In this document: positions 12,444 through 23,785 of the stretch, in pieces
Position numbering within the stretch: the first letter of the stretch is position 1
Layout: every line of letters starts with the position of its first letter
Source of the DNA: Eledone cirrhosa
Taxonomy: Eukaryota
Direction of reading: 5' to 3'
NCBI GenBank assembly: GCA_964016885.1
Contig: OZ024742.1
Span: forward strand, 101,804,001-101,868,000
DNA length: 64,000 nt
The notes under the pieces: model-generated
The model's input: the letters and a program-made list of their open reading frames with translations, nothing else
Told to the model about the DNA's origin: nothing
The model's database searches: none
Translations under genes and position numbers: made by a program

Positions 12444-12629
12444 GTCAAAGGATACCATCGAGTCAAATACTCTGATAAGCAGTTATCTTGTTTAAGCTTT
12501 CATTCTTGATGTACAAACAAAACCTTATCTATATACATACATGATGGCTGCCCCCTCGTTATTGAGTATGGCCATGAGAAAAAAAAATAATAATGACAAT
12601 AACAATAATAATTAAAAAAAAAATTATAT

Positions 12630-12901
12630 ATAAAATGGCGTAGACATACAATACAACAGGAGGAACATAATAGTACCACTGATGATGTTGCAGATGTGCA
12701 ACGAAAGAACTTTGTTAGACTATATATATGTGTTTATATCTGTATTTTTGACCGTTGGTTAGTCAATAATAAACATTGAGGACCAAATGAATTAACTGTG
12801 GAGATATAAAAGATACAGAAGCGAAAACCAACCAAAAAGTGAGTGTGTTCTGTTATTATTTCTGGCAATATTATTACAACAATATGACCCTCCCCAAGTA
12901 T

Positions 12902-12907
<6 letters not shown>
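12630..12907 (+). mobile_element. Penelope-like element terminal repeat remnant
   Basis: Contains the hammerhead; terminus ATGACCCTCCCCAAGTATAACAA is the reverse complement of ~63606-63628, which also lies next to a hammerhead. Confidence 0.6.
12671..12722 (+). ncRNA. Minimal type I hammerhead ribozyme (Penelope-like)
   Basis: CTGATGA(12679)-T-GTTGCA/GATG/TGCAAC-GAAA-GAAC-TT; imperfect stem I TAGTACCA/TGTTAGACTA. Confidence 0.8.
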
Positions 12908-12954
<47 letters not shown>

Positions 12955-13080
12955 TACATACACACACATACACACACACACATATACATATCTATATATA
13001 CATTTATACATACACATACATATACACACACACACACACACACACATACATACGCACACACACACACAAACCACATACAC

Positions 13081-13690
13081 TCAATAACAATTAACAGTGC
13101 TGCGAATGTGGCTTTTTAGCCCAGCCAATGATCTAAAATGTCTTGCACAGAGTTGGCAATACATACATACATACATGATGATGGCTGCAACTCGATTTTG
13201 AGCAATGCCAACGCTTGATACATAAGCATAAGTGTCATAGACATTGTTTTTTAGTCCTGTTAGGGGCTCGTCTCTAGCCAGCAATACCATGCATCACAAA
13301 AAATGTCACATATCAAACGACGCCTGTGCTTGAAGCTTTTTAAAGTGAGGAAAGGCTTTGCACAGGACCAATCCTACTCTCTGAACATCGAATACCCAAA
13401 AAGAAGAACTGGTCTATATCCTTGGATGCAAATGAAGTCACAGGTTTTATATATGGGTGACCTTCTCCAAGTAAGATGTCTTAATGAAGACAAGGAGTCT
13501 CTCGTTCCACAAAAAAAACAAAACTTTACTGGATGGCTGTTGACAGGGTTTGTTTTTCCTCCTGCAGGATGTCCAAAATCACTCTCCTTACCAAGTAAGC
13601 TTGGTCGGGTTGCCGGTTTAGTCACCGACAACCCGACCAAGCACAGGTTGTACTGGGTTACATTTTACTAGTAGTGCTGAAGAGCGACCT
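13081..13690 (-). mobile_element. Diverged bipartite RTE-derived non-autonomous element plus a separate zinc-finger 3' fragment (13081-13160)
   Basis: 5' end homologous to 14200-14315; peptide CQLCARHFRSLAGLKSHIR. Confidence 0.7.
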
Positions 13691-13709
13691 TATATATATG
13701 CATACATAT

Positions 13710-14315
13710 ATGGTGGCTGCCAACTCGTTTTCGAGTACAGCCACTACTTTATATTCATATAGGAGAACCCCTACCGATGCGCTGAACGAATGTGATTTTT
13801 TAGTCCAGCCAGCGACTTGAAAACTCTGGTACAAACACTACACTTGTGACAATATTGACACATAGTGCTGGGCCCATGGTACCATGTGACGACAAGTTCA
13901 GAGAGATCTCCAGATATAAAGCAATGCCTGTGCCGTGAAGCTTTTATAGTGAGCAAAGGCACTGCACAAAGCCAGTCCCACTCTCTTAACCAAGATGATA
14001 TTTACCAAAATGAAGAACAAGTCAACATCATTGGATACCATCAGGGTTGCAGGTGTTATATCAGAATTTTCCTTCTCCTAGAATTCTGCCTTGACAAAGG
14101 CTAAGGGGTCATCTCTCCCAGTGATTTTGGATGGCCATTGACTCTTAAGAGCTCCTTTGCCCTTTGACAGGTTTTGTTTTTAGTACTGCAGGATGTCGAA
14201 AGTCACCCTCCTCACCAAGAAACCTTGGTGGGGTTGCCAGTTTAGTCGCCAACGACCCGACCATGAGACAGGTTGTACTGGGATACATGTTACCAGTAGC
14301 ACCAACTGGTGACCT
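13710..14315 (-). mobile_element. Complete ~600-bp bipartite RTE-derived non-autonomous element (RTE 5' UTR joined to a C2H2 zinc-finger 3' end)
   Basis: RTE 5' UTR-type motif GGAGAAGGAAAA(C/T)TCTGA; C-terminal CSVCTRVFKSLAGLKNHIRSAH*; flanked by microsatellites; other copies at 15568 and 27878. Confidence 0.8.
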
Positions 14316-14316
14316 G

Positions 14317-14328
14317 ACATAACATACA

Positions 14329-14362
<34 letters not shown>

Positions 14363-14505
14363 CATACATATATACATACATCATACATACATCATACATA
14401 CATACATCATACATATATGCATACATACATCATACATACATCATACATACATCATACATACATACATCATACATACATACATCATACATACATAAATACA
14501 TACAT
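14317..14505. repeat. (ACAT)n/(ACATCAT) microsatellite
   Basis: Direct reading. Confidence 0.9.
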
Positions 14506-14854
14506 AAATATAACTACACAGGTTGAGTAATTATGTAATAAGAAACTTCCAATGTACATGTTATCTAAGGAAGTTATTGATCTATGTAAATGTTGTCCAA
14601 TGAGGTAACTGATATGTGTATATATTGCCTGATATTTTTATTGATATACATTGATATACAATAGTAGGCTGTGTGCCGTATATAGCAGTAAATGTAGTTA
14701 ATATTAGTTGGAATTTGTACTTTGTTGTACACATGTGATATTCTGTATGAATGTTGTATTTTGTCAGAGGCCTATGCATAATTATTTTGCTGTCATTCTT
14801 GTGAGTTTATAATACATGCATTGAACTGCTCAATCCACAAAATATTTTTTCCAA

Positions 14855-15170
14855 AGGAGATGAGTGGCAATGATCAAACAATCACCCTATAGTCCCGACT
14901 TAAATTTGTTTGATTGTTGGGTATTCAAGTTATTTGAAAATTTGATTTTGCTTCATTAGAAGAGGTGGGAGATGAATCGTTGCGCTGTTTTCAACAATTG
15001 CCGAAGGAACGGTTCCAGAAAGAGTTAAATGCTTGGTATAAGCACAGTAAAGATATTATTGCATTTAATGGAGATTATCTTTTGCAGAATAAATAAATTT
15101 TAGTTTCAATATGTTGTGCATTTTCATTTAAAGGGTTATTCTAAAGACTTTATTGCCATGCCAACTATAT
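14855..15170 (+). mobile_element. Degenerate mariner transposase C-terminal relic
   Basis: Peptides SPYSPDLNLFDCWVF and FQQLPKERFQKELNAW..IIAFNGDY match the mariner YSPDL and G-D-Y end. Confidence 0.65.
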
Positions 15171-15387
15171 ATATAACTGACATATGTTTCTGCCAGCCTA
15201 AACTCACCCTTGGGTCATAATATTACGATTCTAAAATTTTAAAATTTAAAATTTTTTAATTTTATAGTTTTATAACTTAACCTTCACATGTTGATTGAAG
15301 GTCAGAATCATCATAGTTTATTTATGCATCATCAATATTTCACATTGGTGGAAAGTTCATTACACATTTATCATTCCCGATAACATC

Positions 15388-15418
<31 letters not shown>

Positions 15419-15567
15419 TTATAATGTATATATATATATATATTACTATTACATGTGTATATATATATATATATATATTTATATATTTAAATAAATAAAT
15501 AAATATATAAATATGTACATATATATATGTATGTATATACATGTGTATATATATATATATATATATA

Positions 15568-15958
15568 TAGCCTTTGTCAAGGCAGAATTCTAGGAGAAGG
15601 AAAACTCTGATATAACACCTGCAACTCTGATGGTATCCAATGATGTTGACTTGTTCTTCTTTTTGGTAAATATCATCTTGGTTAAGAGAGTGGGACTGGC
15701 TTTGTGCAGTGCCTTTGCTCACTATAAAAGCTTCACGGCACAGGCATTGCTTTATATCTGGAGATCTCTCTGCACTTGTCGTCACAGGGTACCATGGCCC
15801 CAGCACTATGTGTCAATATTTGTCACAAGTGTAGTGTTTGTACCAGAGTTTTCAAGTCGCTGGCTGGACTAAAAGGTCACACTCGTTCAGTGCATCGGTA
15901 GGGGTTCTCCTATATGGATATAAAGTAGTGGCCGTACTCGAAAACGAGTTGGCAGCCA

Positions 15959-15960
<2 letters not shown>
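15568..15960 (+). mobile_element. 5'-truncated copy of the bipartite RTE-derived element
   Basis: Reverse complement of 13710-14103; embedded in (TA)n. Confidence 0.88.
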
Positions 15961-16009
<49 letters not shown>

Positions 16010-16090
16010 AAAGGTAAACAGAAATAACACAATCGGTACAGTATATGGAAGGTATATATTAGGTTAATGCTTGATATAGCAGGAAGAGGG

Positions 16091-16126
16091 TCTTAACGTT
16101 TCAGACGCTAGTCCTTCACCAGAAGA
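16091..16126 (-). ncRNA. Minimal hammerhead ribozyme with a core substitution, in a Penelope-like remnant (16007-16230)
   Basis: Minus strand TCTT-CTGGTGA-A-GGAC/TAGC/GTCT-GAAAC-GT-TA-AGA; palindromic AACGTT stem III typical of PLE hammerheads; CTGG instead of CTGA. Confidence 0.7.
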
Positions 16127-16245
16127 AAGAATGAGAAATAAAATAGATTGAGGGGACGGGCGGGATGGAATTGGAAAAAATGTCTTTAGATAAAAATAAC
16201 AGGTCCATTCATGTTGACATCCCTTATGTATATATATATATATAT

Positions 16246-16938
16246 GGAGGCACATGGCTTAGTGGTTAGAGCATTGGGCTTGCAATCGAAAGGTTGTGAG
16301 TTCAATTCTCAGACCGGGTGATGTGTTGTTTCCTTGAGCAAGACACTTTATTTCACATTGCTCCAGTTTACTCAGCTGTAGAAATGAGATGATAGGGATT
16401 GGGGTCCATATCATTCCACTGCAAAGTGGTCGTGGAGGTGCCACGGCAAAAAAACACCCAGCACTCACTGTAAATGAGGTTGGTGTTAGGAAGGGCATCC
16501 AGCTGTAGAAATCAAGCCAGAATCAGTCCCCGTCCCACCCTTGCAAGCAGGGAAAAGCGGACGTAAAATGAAATGAAAAATGATGAAATGATATAAAAAT
16601 ATACATACGAGTGATGTGTTGTTTCCTTGAGCAAGACACTTTATTTCACATTGCTCCAGTTTACTTAGCTGTAGAAATGAGATTATAGGGATTGGGGTCC
16701 CTATCACTCCACTCAAAGTGGACGTGTAGGCACCACGGCAAAAAAGCACCCATCACTCACTGTAAATGAGGTTGGTGTTAGGAAGGGCATCCAGCTGTAG
16801 AAATCAAGCCAAAAAATCAGTTCTTGTATGAGCAAGACAAGGTCAGCCGACCGGACACTGCCCACAACAGGACAACCCATCTAACCCATGCTAGCGTGGA
16901 AGAACGGACGTAAAACGGTGATGGTGATGATGATGATA
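16246..16938 (+). mobile_element. tRNA-derived CORE-type SINE with RTE tail, followed by a partial tandem second copy (from ~16611)
   Basis: A box TGGCTTAGTGG, B box GAGTTCAATTC, CORE-like CCTTGAGCAAGACACTT, RTE tail GGAAGGGCATCCAGCTGTAG. Confidence 0.88.
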
Positions 16939-17722
16939 TAGGCTGTCTGAGCATATATACATATATATTAATTCAGCAATACAGCATGTGATGAGAGTGG
17001 CTACTTTTGGGATTTATTATTACTAGCAGCCATTGAATAGTACTTTACTGTTAGTTTTGGAGGTTGGAAGTGATAAACTGCCAATTCTTTGTTTTTCTCT
17101 ACTTTATTATTATTATTTTCATTTATTTTTATATATGTTTATCTGTTTTAGTTTTGGATTTTCTTTTCTTTTGTGTCTGTTGGAATGTCAGTTGTATTTA
17201 AGGTTGTCTCTAATTTCCAGAAGTTTAGCTCCACTATTTTGGTTATGTAATTGGGTGTTGTATTTTCTAATATTGTGTCCTTCAGAGCATGTCTTGGATT
17301 TTCCTGGAACTATTTTATTGAAAGTTCTGTGTATGGTATGATTTCATCCTTTTATTCAAAGATGCCTATAATTCTGAAAATAATCAAGAATTTGGAGGGA
17401 TTTAGGAAAATAACTTTTTTCTATTAAGTTTCCCTTTGAAAGATAACTTAACAATGGTTCTTACAAATTATTATGGTAGGTCTTTAGATAAAATACTAAG
17501 CTATAGTATTGTGAGACCGGGGGTGATTTCAAGCTATTTGGTATTAAAAGGGTTAACGTTTGGATTTTAAAAAATTTTGCTGAGATTTAGAAGCAAGAAA
17601 AACACTGAACTTGGCAGAGGAGATGACAAAGGATTACAGTAGAATGAAAGAAGCTGTGCTGGAAAAGACCCGTCCACATGCAAATATGGAAAACGAGTTG
17701 TATAAAGGATGATGATAATAAT

Positions 17723-17930
17723 AATTTCTAGTATAAGCACAAAGCCAGTAATTTTATTTTGGGGGGGAGGGGAAAGTTGATTAAATCGACCCTAGTACGT
17801 TACTGGTGCTTTATTTTATCGACTCTGTAAGGATGAAAGGGAGGATTTGAACTCATACCATAAAGGGACGTAACTCTATGCTGAAAAGCATGGTCTCTGA
17901 CTATCTACCGATACTGCCAATCCACTGCCC
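17723..17930 (-). mobile_element. SINE of the GCCTTTCATC family
   Basis: Reverse complement of 4843-5071 with an internal deletion. Confidence 0.8.
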
Positions 17931-18120
17931 TGAAGGATGATAATAATGACAATGCTTTGTTAGGTACATTTGGAGGTCTTTTTTGTTGCTTTTTTGTGAA
18001 TGTTATAGGTTATTTAACCTCAGCCAAGTCAGCTCTACTCTTAGCAAGATTATGACCAAAGACATTTTAGCCTAAACCGCAACATCTTTACCCCAAGAAT
18101 AATGTAGTGTACCCTTGACT

Positions 18121-18321
18121 AAGAGGGTCGGCTGAAAAGTTCAGAGGCTAATCAAGCTACTCTCATGGAATGACCAAATAAGCTTTATTTTACAACATAG
18201 TCGACTGAAAGAAACAATGCAGTTATTAATAAGAAAAGTTGAAATTAATGCATGCGAGATTTCACAACTCTGGCTTCACTCCTTCATAATCAGCCAATGA
18301 ACTTTTCAGCCAACCCTCATA
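18121..18321. mobile_element. Mariner-type MITE
   Basis: TIRs GAGGGTCGGCTGAAAAGTTCA / TGAACTTTTCAGCCAACCCTC, flanked by TA. Confidence 0.85.
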
Positions 18322-19759
18322 TATTATGCAATGAGTCCTTGTTAATATAGCAGAATGTTGTTTGAAGGAAATTTGGTTGATATTTCTAGCAGTTTGATCC
18401 AATACATAGAGACTCCATCATTGGAATATTGTATTTTGGCAATAATAAAAGTTAGATATTCAGTTGTAAGTTGGGAACTATTTTTCTGGTGGTGATGATG
18501 TAGGGTTTGAATGTAAAACCTAGTTTCTGGGAAGGATTTATTGTAGAAATGATTTGTGGACACAGACATAGATGAGTGTTTAAGAAGTTTTCTCTGCAAT
18601 CTTGAAGTCCCTGGTTCCATCTGACTGCAGGGCTTCTTGGGCAAATGTTTTGACTATAGCCACAGGTCAACCCAAGCTTTGTGATTGAAACTGGGTAGGT
18701 GGAAACTGTATTAGCAAAATACTATGACTTTAATGACTGCTTCCTATTTGTGCCCATTGCTACTGAGTGTCCACTGTCTCCGAACTGCTATTTTCCTCTG
18801 CAAAATATGGAGGATTGCATCCAGCCTGAGTGAGGTAGAGTGGCTTGTGCAGGAAGTGTTGCTGACTGTTCTCTGTGGCAATACCTTCACCAGTTAGTTT
18901 GTGGAGCATAGCTGAGATATACTGCCTAGACTGGGGTCTAGAATTTGCTGCTCCCTCCCTCCCTTACTTTCACTATTTAATTTTTTTCATTTTTTCTTTT
19001 TATTACAAACATATAATCCATTTGAAATTTATGGAGGGATAGTATCAGTAATTCAAAGGTTTAGCCTTGGCATGTATTCTGACTGAGAATTCCATTGGGT
19101 ATATATGTCTGTGGAATACTCAACCACTTACTCATTAATTCTTGAGTCAGAAGTTCAGTCGGTCAAAAAACTGAATATTCATCATCCAAACCAACAGAGG
19201 ATCTATTATTATCATTACTGTTTAACGTCCATTTTCCCACACCAGCATGATATCATTGTAAATTATACTTGGTGGAGGTACAAACAGCTGATGGTGGACA
19301 TTATTCAGTAGTTTGTGGTCAACTTTGCTTATCGTCTTTTTAGAATCTATAAATAAGGCACATGTCTAGGGTGGTGGATTGGGGGAGTTTTTAGAGTGTT
19401 AGATGGGATGCCTTGTGGTAACTATTCTGGCTGGCTCTGTGTATTTTGAGATCAAATCCTGCCTCCTATCACTAGAAAAATAGTGACATGATAGGACTAA
19501 GCCCCTATCATTAAACACTTATATGAGGCAGGTGAGCCTTTTTATGAGCCAAATAATATTATTTTATACATTCAACAGAGGATCAATGTAAGTTGGTGTC
19601 AGGCTGTAACAATAACATTGACCAACATGAATTGGTGTGTCATTTAATTCATTCAATAGAGGATCAATGTAATCATTCAGGTGTGATCATAACAAAACTA
19701 TTTATACATTCAACAGAGGATTAATGGGAATAAATACTTCAGCTCCAGCAGTTACTTGC

Positions 19760-20090
19760 TGGAGCAAGTTCACCATAAAAGTTGCTTTGGTATGTGCATA
19801 TATTTTAATGTGAACAATATGTCCAGTCCAGCAAATTTGGTTCTTTTGAATTTGGTTCTTATATTGGTAGGGATTCGTTCATTGGAGCCCTTATGTATTT
19901 GGAATTTAGTCATACCATTTAATGTGGGCCAGTTTGCTAAGACATGTGGTATGGAAGTGGTTCAACCATTTGATATGTCTACTGTAGAGAGTTCATGTCT
20001 TGCCGGCATAGAGGAGTATTGTGAGTATAGTTGCATGGTAGGCATAAAGCTCGGCAATGATGTTCATACTCCTACATTCCCAAACTGTTA
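19760..20090 (-). mobile_element. Old RTE (BovB-like) ORF C-terminal fragment
   Basis: Minus-strand ILLYAGKT*TLYSRHIKWLNHFHTTCLSKLAHIKWYD*IPNT resembles LLYGxETWT...W.D.IPN. Confidence 0.75.
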
Positions 20091-20282
20091 ACTGTGATTT
20101 TTTGCTAAATGAACTGGTGACCTGGTAAGGGTGTTGATACATCATTCCAAACTGAAACAGTCTTATTTTCAATATAACATTCTTGAAAGAAAATCTGTTC
20201 CCTGCTTATATATATATAGATTATGATTTGCATTTGGTTTACATTTGTTTGCATTCTAGTTGAGGTATGTATGGTTTTAGTT

Positions 20283-20472
20283 ATACAGTGAAATTCTGTT
20301 ATAATGAAATTTACAGGGTATAAAAAAAATTTGTTGTAACAAAAAATTTTTTATAACGAAATTAACCGAAACAAATTGAGTATTTGTTTGTTATTACCTC
20401 GTGGATTGAAAAAATGTTGTTGTATTGAAAAATTTGTTATAATGGTATTCGTTATAATGGAATTTTACCTAT
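20283..20472. mobile_element. Tc1/pogo (Tigger-like) MITE
   Basis: TA|CAGTGAAATTCTGTTATAATGAA ... TTCGTTATAATGGAATTTTACC; internal TTGTTATAA repeats. Confidence 0.7.
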
Positions 20473-20493
20473 ATATACATATATATATATATA

Positions 20494-21877
20494 TCATCAT
20501 CATCGTTTAACGTCTATCTTCCATGCTAGCATGGGTTAGACGGTTTTGTTCCATTTGAAGTGGGAATGGTTGGGAGAACATGTCTCGCTCGCACGGAAGC
20601 ATCTCTGGCAGGTTTTTTTTACAGCTGGATGCCCTTCCTAACACCAACCACATTTACAGTGTGGACTGGGAGCCTTTTCACCATGTCTCCTACATGGCCA
20701 CCTTACAGTGTGGACTGTTGTGTCATCGACACAATGGACGGAACGGGAGAGGGAGGATGGGGTAGGGTGTGGTGGTGGGGTGTACATTGAGTTAAGAGGT
20801 GCCTACTGACTGTATGTTTGTATGCAATGGTAGTCGGGTCTTCTGTACAAATGCATGGCACCAAAGGTCTCAATCCAGTGTCATTGTCTTAGGGAGGCGT
20901 AGGTGGGCAAGGTCAGTTTTTATCACCTCGTCCCATGTTTTTCTTGCTCTACCCACTCTGCAGTTTCTATCAATTTTCATTGCACTGCACTTTTTTATAC
21001 AGCTGTCATCCTTTATATGCATCACATGTCCATACCAATGCAATCTCCTCTCCAGAACACAACATTTGATACCTCTTATGCTTAGTCTCCCTCTTAGTTT
21101 GTTTATGCTTCGCCTTTCTCACACATTACTATTACACATCCATCGGAGCATGTAAGCTTCATTTCTTTCTAATTTATGCAGGTCTTCAGCACACAATGCC
21201 CAAGTCTCACTACCATGTAATATCACCGTTCGTATACATGCATCATGCAATCTGCCTTTCATTTTTAGAGAAAAAATCCTTGTGGTCAACAGCGGTATTA
21301 GCTCTCTGAACCTTTTCCATCCCATTCTAACTCTAGCTAATACACTTTCAGAACACCCTCCTCCACTGCTGATTTTGTCACCCAGGTAACAGAAGGTGTC
21401 TACTATTTCTATAGAACCATCTGGGCAGTTGAAGGAGATATCATCCAGTGGTCCTTGCTACTTACTGCACCTGAGCATTGGCCACATATAAAATCTCCAT
21501 TCTTAGCTAGCTTACCTTTGATCTCACTACATCTTTTATGTACCCATAGTTTGCATTTGGGACATAGAATGGAGTTTCTGCCTACTCCTTTCTTACACAC
21601 TGAGCATGGCCATTTCCCAAAGGGTACTTGTGCCCTATTCTCCTTTCTGCATACTAGAACCTTAGTCTTAGACAAGTTGACTCTAAGGCCTTTTGATTCA
21701 AGGCCATGCTTCCATGTTTGGAACTTCCTCACTAGTTCAGTCATAGATTCAGCTATGAGAGTTAGATCATCTGCATATAGAAGTTCCCATGGGCAGCCAG
21801 TCTTAAACCCCTTTGTTATAGCCTGTAGGACAATAATAAACAGGAGGGGGCTAAGAATGGAGCCCTGGTGAACCCCT
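20494..21877 (-). mobile_element. 5'-truncated RTE LINE (related subfamily)
   Basis: GVHQGSILSP, YADD, PHD-like CSVC..CPKC..HKRC..CGQC, HGSETW; (CAT)n tail at 20494. Confidence 0.95.
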
Positions 21878-22267
21878 AAGCAGAACTATGCAACATGTAG
21901 ACATGGGCTTTGAATGTAACTGAAGCTCACTAAAGGAGGTGACACAATATCGAATCAACTGTCATTATGTTGAGCAGAATGAGATGCAAGAAGTCTCTCC
22001 TCCACCCTCCAAGTTTCTTCTTTCATTCTCACCCTTGATTCCTCCTCTTTCACCCAACCCATACCAATATAGAAAGACTGATGTGCCTTCAGCAGGACAC
22101 TGCCACATGTAGCCTGCTCACTCACCCCTGATTTACTTTGCCTTTCTTTCTTGGCTGTCCATATCAACATGAAAAGTCTGATTCCCCCACTTCCTCATTA
22201 CAGCCATACTTCCTCTTACATTATTCTTTCTCACTGTCCAGCATGGAAAATAGATATCAATCCCCCT

Positions 22268-22648
22268 TGTAAGATGGTCATGCTGGCGCCACAACAAAAG
22301 CAGCCAGCTCAACCTGTGAAGGGGTCATACTGGCGCCATGACATTAAGCACTCAGCCCACCCTGTAAAGCAGTCATTCTAGTGTCACGACAAAAAGCTCC
22401 TAGTTAACCCTGTAAGGTAGTCATGTTGGTGACATGAGAAAAAGCACCTGGTTTACGCTGTAAGGTGGTTGTGTTGGTGACATAACAAAAAAATACCCAG
22501 TCCATCTTGTAAAGTGGTTGGAAGGAGATGCAGCTAAAAAGAAAACAAGCCAAAAATAGATTGTATGTGCAAGATGTGGTCACCTAACTCGTCTAATATC
22601 ATAATTTGACAGCCTGTCTAACCCATGCAAGCATGGAATATAGATGTT
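22268..22648 (+). mobile_element. RTE 3' UTR remnant with ~5-6 tandem ~46-bp hairpin units
   Basis: Repeated TGTAA..GTCATG-loop-CA(T/C)GA-A run-CACC units ending in CCCATGCAAGCATGG. Confidence 0.75.
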
Positions 22649-23260
22649 ACAGGGTTGGTCAGTTCTTTGATGATATTTGCATGAATTTTGTAAAAGATGC
22701 ATAAATCATGAGAGGAAACAATGGGCATGAATTCTCTTCAGACTTTTCTTGATTCATCTACTCAATGAATCCACCATTTGCATCAATGACTTTTCTTGAG
22801 GTAAGAAACATTGACATGTCCAAATCAGATTATCTTTATCTGTTTTAGATATTGTATTAGTTATGGTGGACTTCAGAGATTTTATAGTGTTATAGGGGTG
22901 TAGATTGAGTTCCCTCTCCTTTATGTCCCATACATAGTAGTCCAATGGATTCATGTTTGGAGAGCTAGGAGATCATATGTTTAGGGTGACATGATTGTGG
23001 AGATTGTAACTCATCCATTCTTGTGTTGTTTTGGCCTTATAAGACAGTGCAGATTCTTGATAGTAGGTGTACAGTATTATTTTGCTCGCGCTCTCTATTG
23101 AAGGCTTCCCAACCCTCTTCAACACCTTATAGTCAGCAGCATTAACCCTTAAGCCTAGAGAAAAGAAATGAGGAGGCATGACATCTCCCTCGCTGCTCAT
23201 GACTCCTAGAACTATCAGAGTTACCGGAACTTTGTATGCATGGCTGTTGGAACATCTTTA
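22649..23260 (-). mobile_element. Tc1/mariner (maT/DD37D-like) transposase pseudogene
   Basis: VMSSEGDVMPPHFF..GLRVNA..Y; YQESA..KAKTTQEW; PSSPNMNPLDYYVW; terminus TA|CAGGGTTGGTCAG at ~22648. Confidence 0.88.
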
Positions 23261-23447
23261 AGTTATTTGCATAATGATTTTATAGTCCACAGTAAGATAC
23301 GTAAATGACAGTTCAGAGTTTAATCCAATCAGTTAATTTCCATTCACAGTAGTTTTACAATATCACAGCACATATAACAATAAAATAACCATGATTAAAT
23401 TACATTAAATTATTTAATTGATTTACTAACATTTCTATCAATACAGT

Positions 23448-23542
23448 AAGATAGAAGTAGGAGGCAGCGTGGAGTGGTGGGAGGAGATGTAGTGTAAACG
23501 TTGGTTTTGGTAGCAAGTACGAGGGCACGGTGGGGTAATAAT
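23448..23542 (-). repeat. Perfect 95-bp inverted copy of 26234-26328
   Basis: Base-by-base reverse-complement identity. Confidence 0.95.
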
Positions 23543-23653
23543 GTTCCATCATTATCCTCTCTACTGATTTCTTCAGAATCCATTAAACAATATATATAAC
23601 ATATTTACCATTGATGTCAGACATCACCAATTCAAAGGCATTTCTATATTAAA

Positions 23654-23785
23654 CATGATATATATATATAACTTTGAGCCATGATATATATAACTTTGAG
23701 CCATGATATATATATATAATTTTGAGCCAGTATTATAACCTGAGCCAGTATTGGCTCTGGCCATGTCTAACTTAATAACACACCG
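23654..23785 (-). mobile_element. Short 3' end of the CR1-type LINE with a reiterated tail
   Basis: GCCAGTATTGGC.C.GGCCATGTCTAACTTAATA shared with 47934-47968; AACTTTGA tail units. Confidence 0.8.

Noticed and set aside
13771-13860. Host C2H2 zinc-finger gene exon
   Set aside because: A single finger inside a dispersed repeat seen several times in the window; matches the RTE C-terminal finger.
14200-14315. Canonical HDV-like ribozyme
   Set aside because: A P2/P3-like arrangement can be drawn, but there is no upstream P1 partner or L3 CC for P1.1, and the second copy breaks the putative P2. Kept only as an unclassified structure.
16246-16320. tRNA gene
   Set aside because: A and B boxes are present, but it continues into a CORE-like body and RTE tail, so it is a SINE head (same at 61420-61495).
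19565-19730. Three spaced copies of CATTCAACAGAGGATCAATG
   Set aside because: Irregular spacing and partly similar spacers; a decayed tandem duplication.
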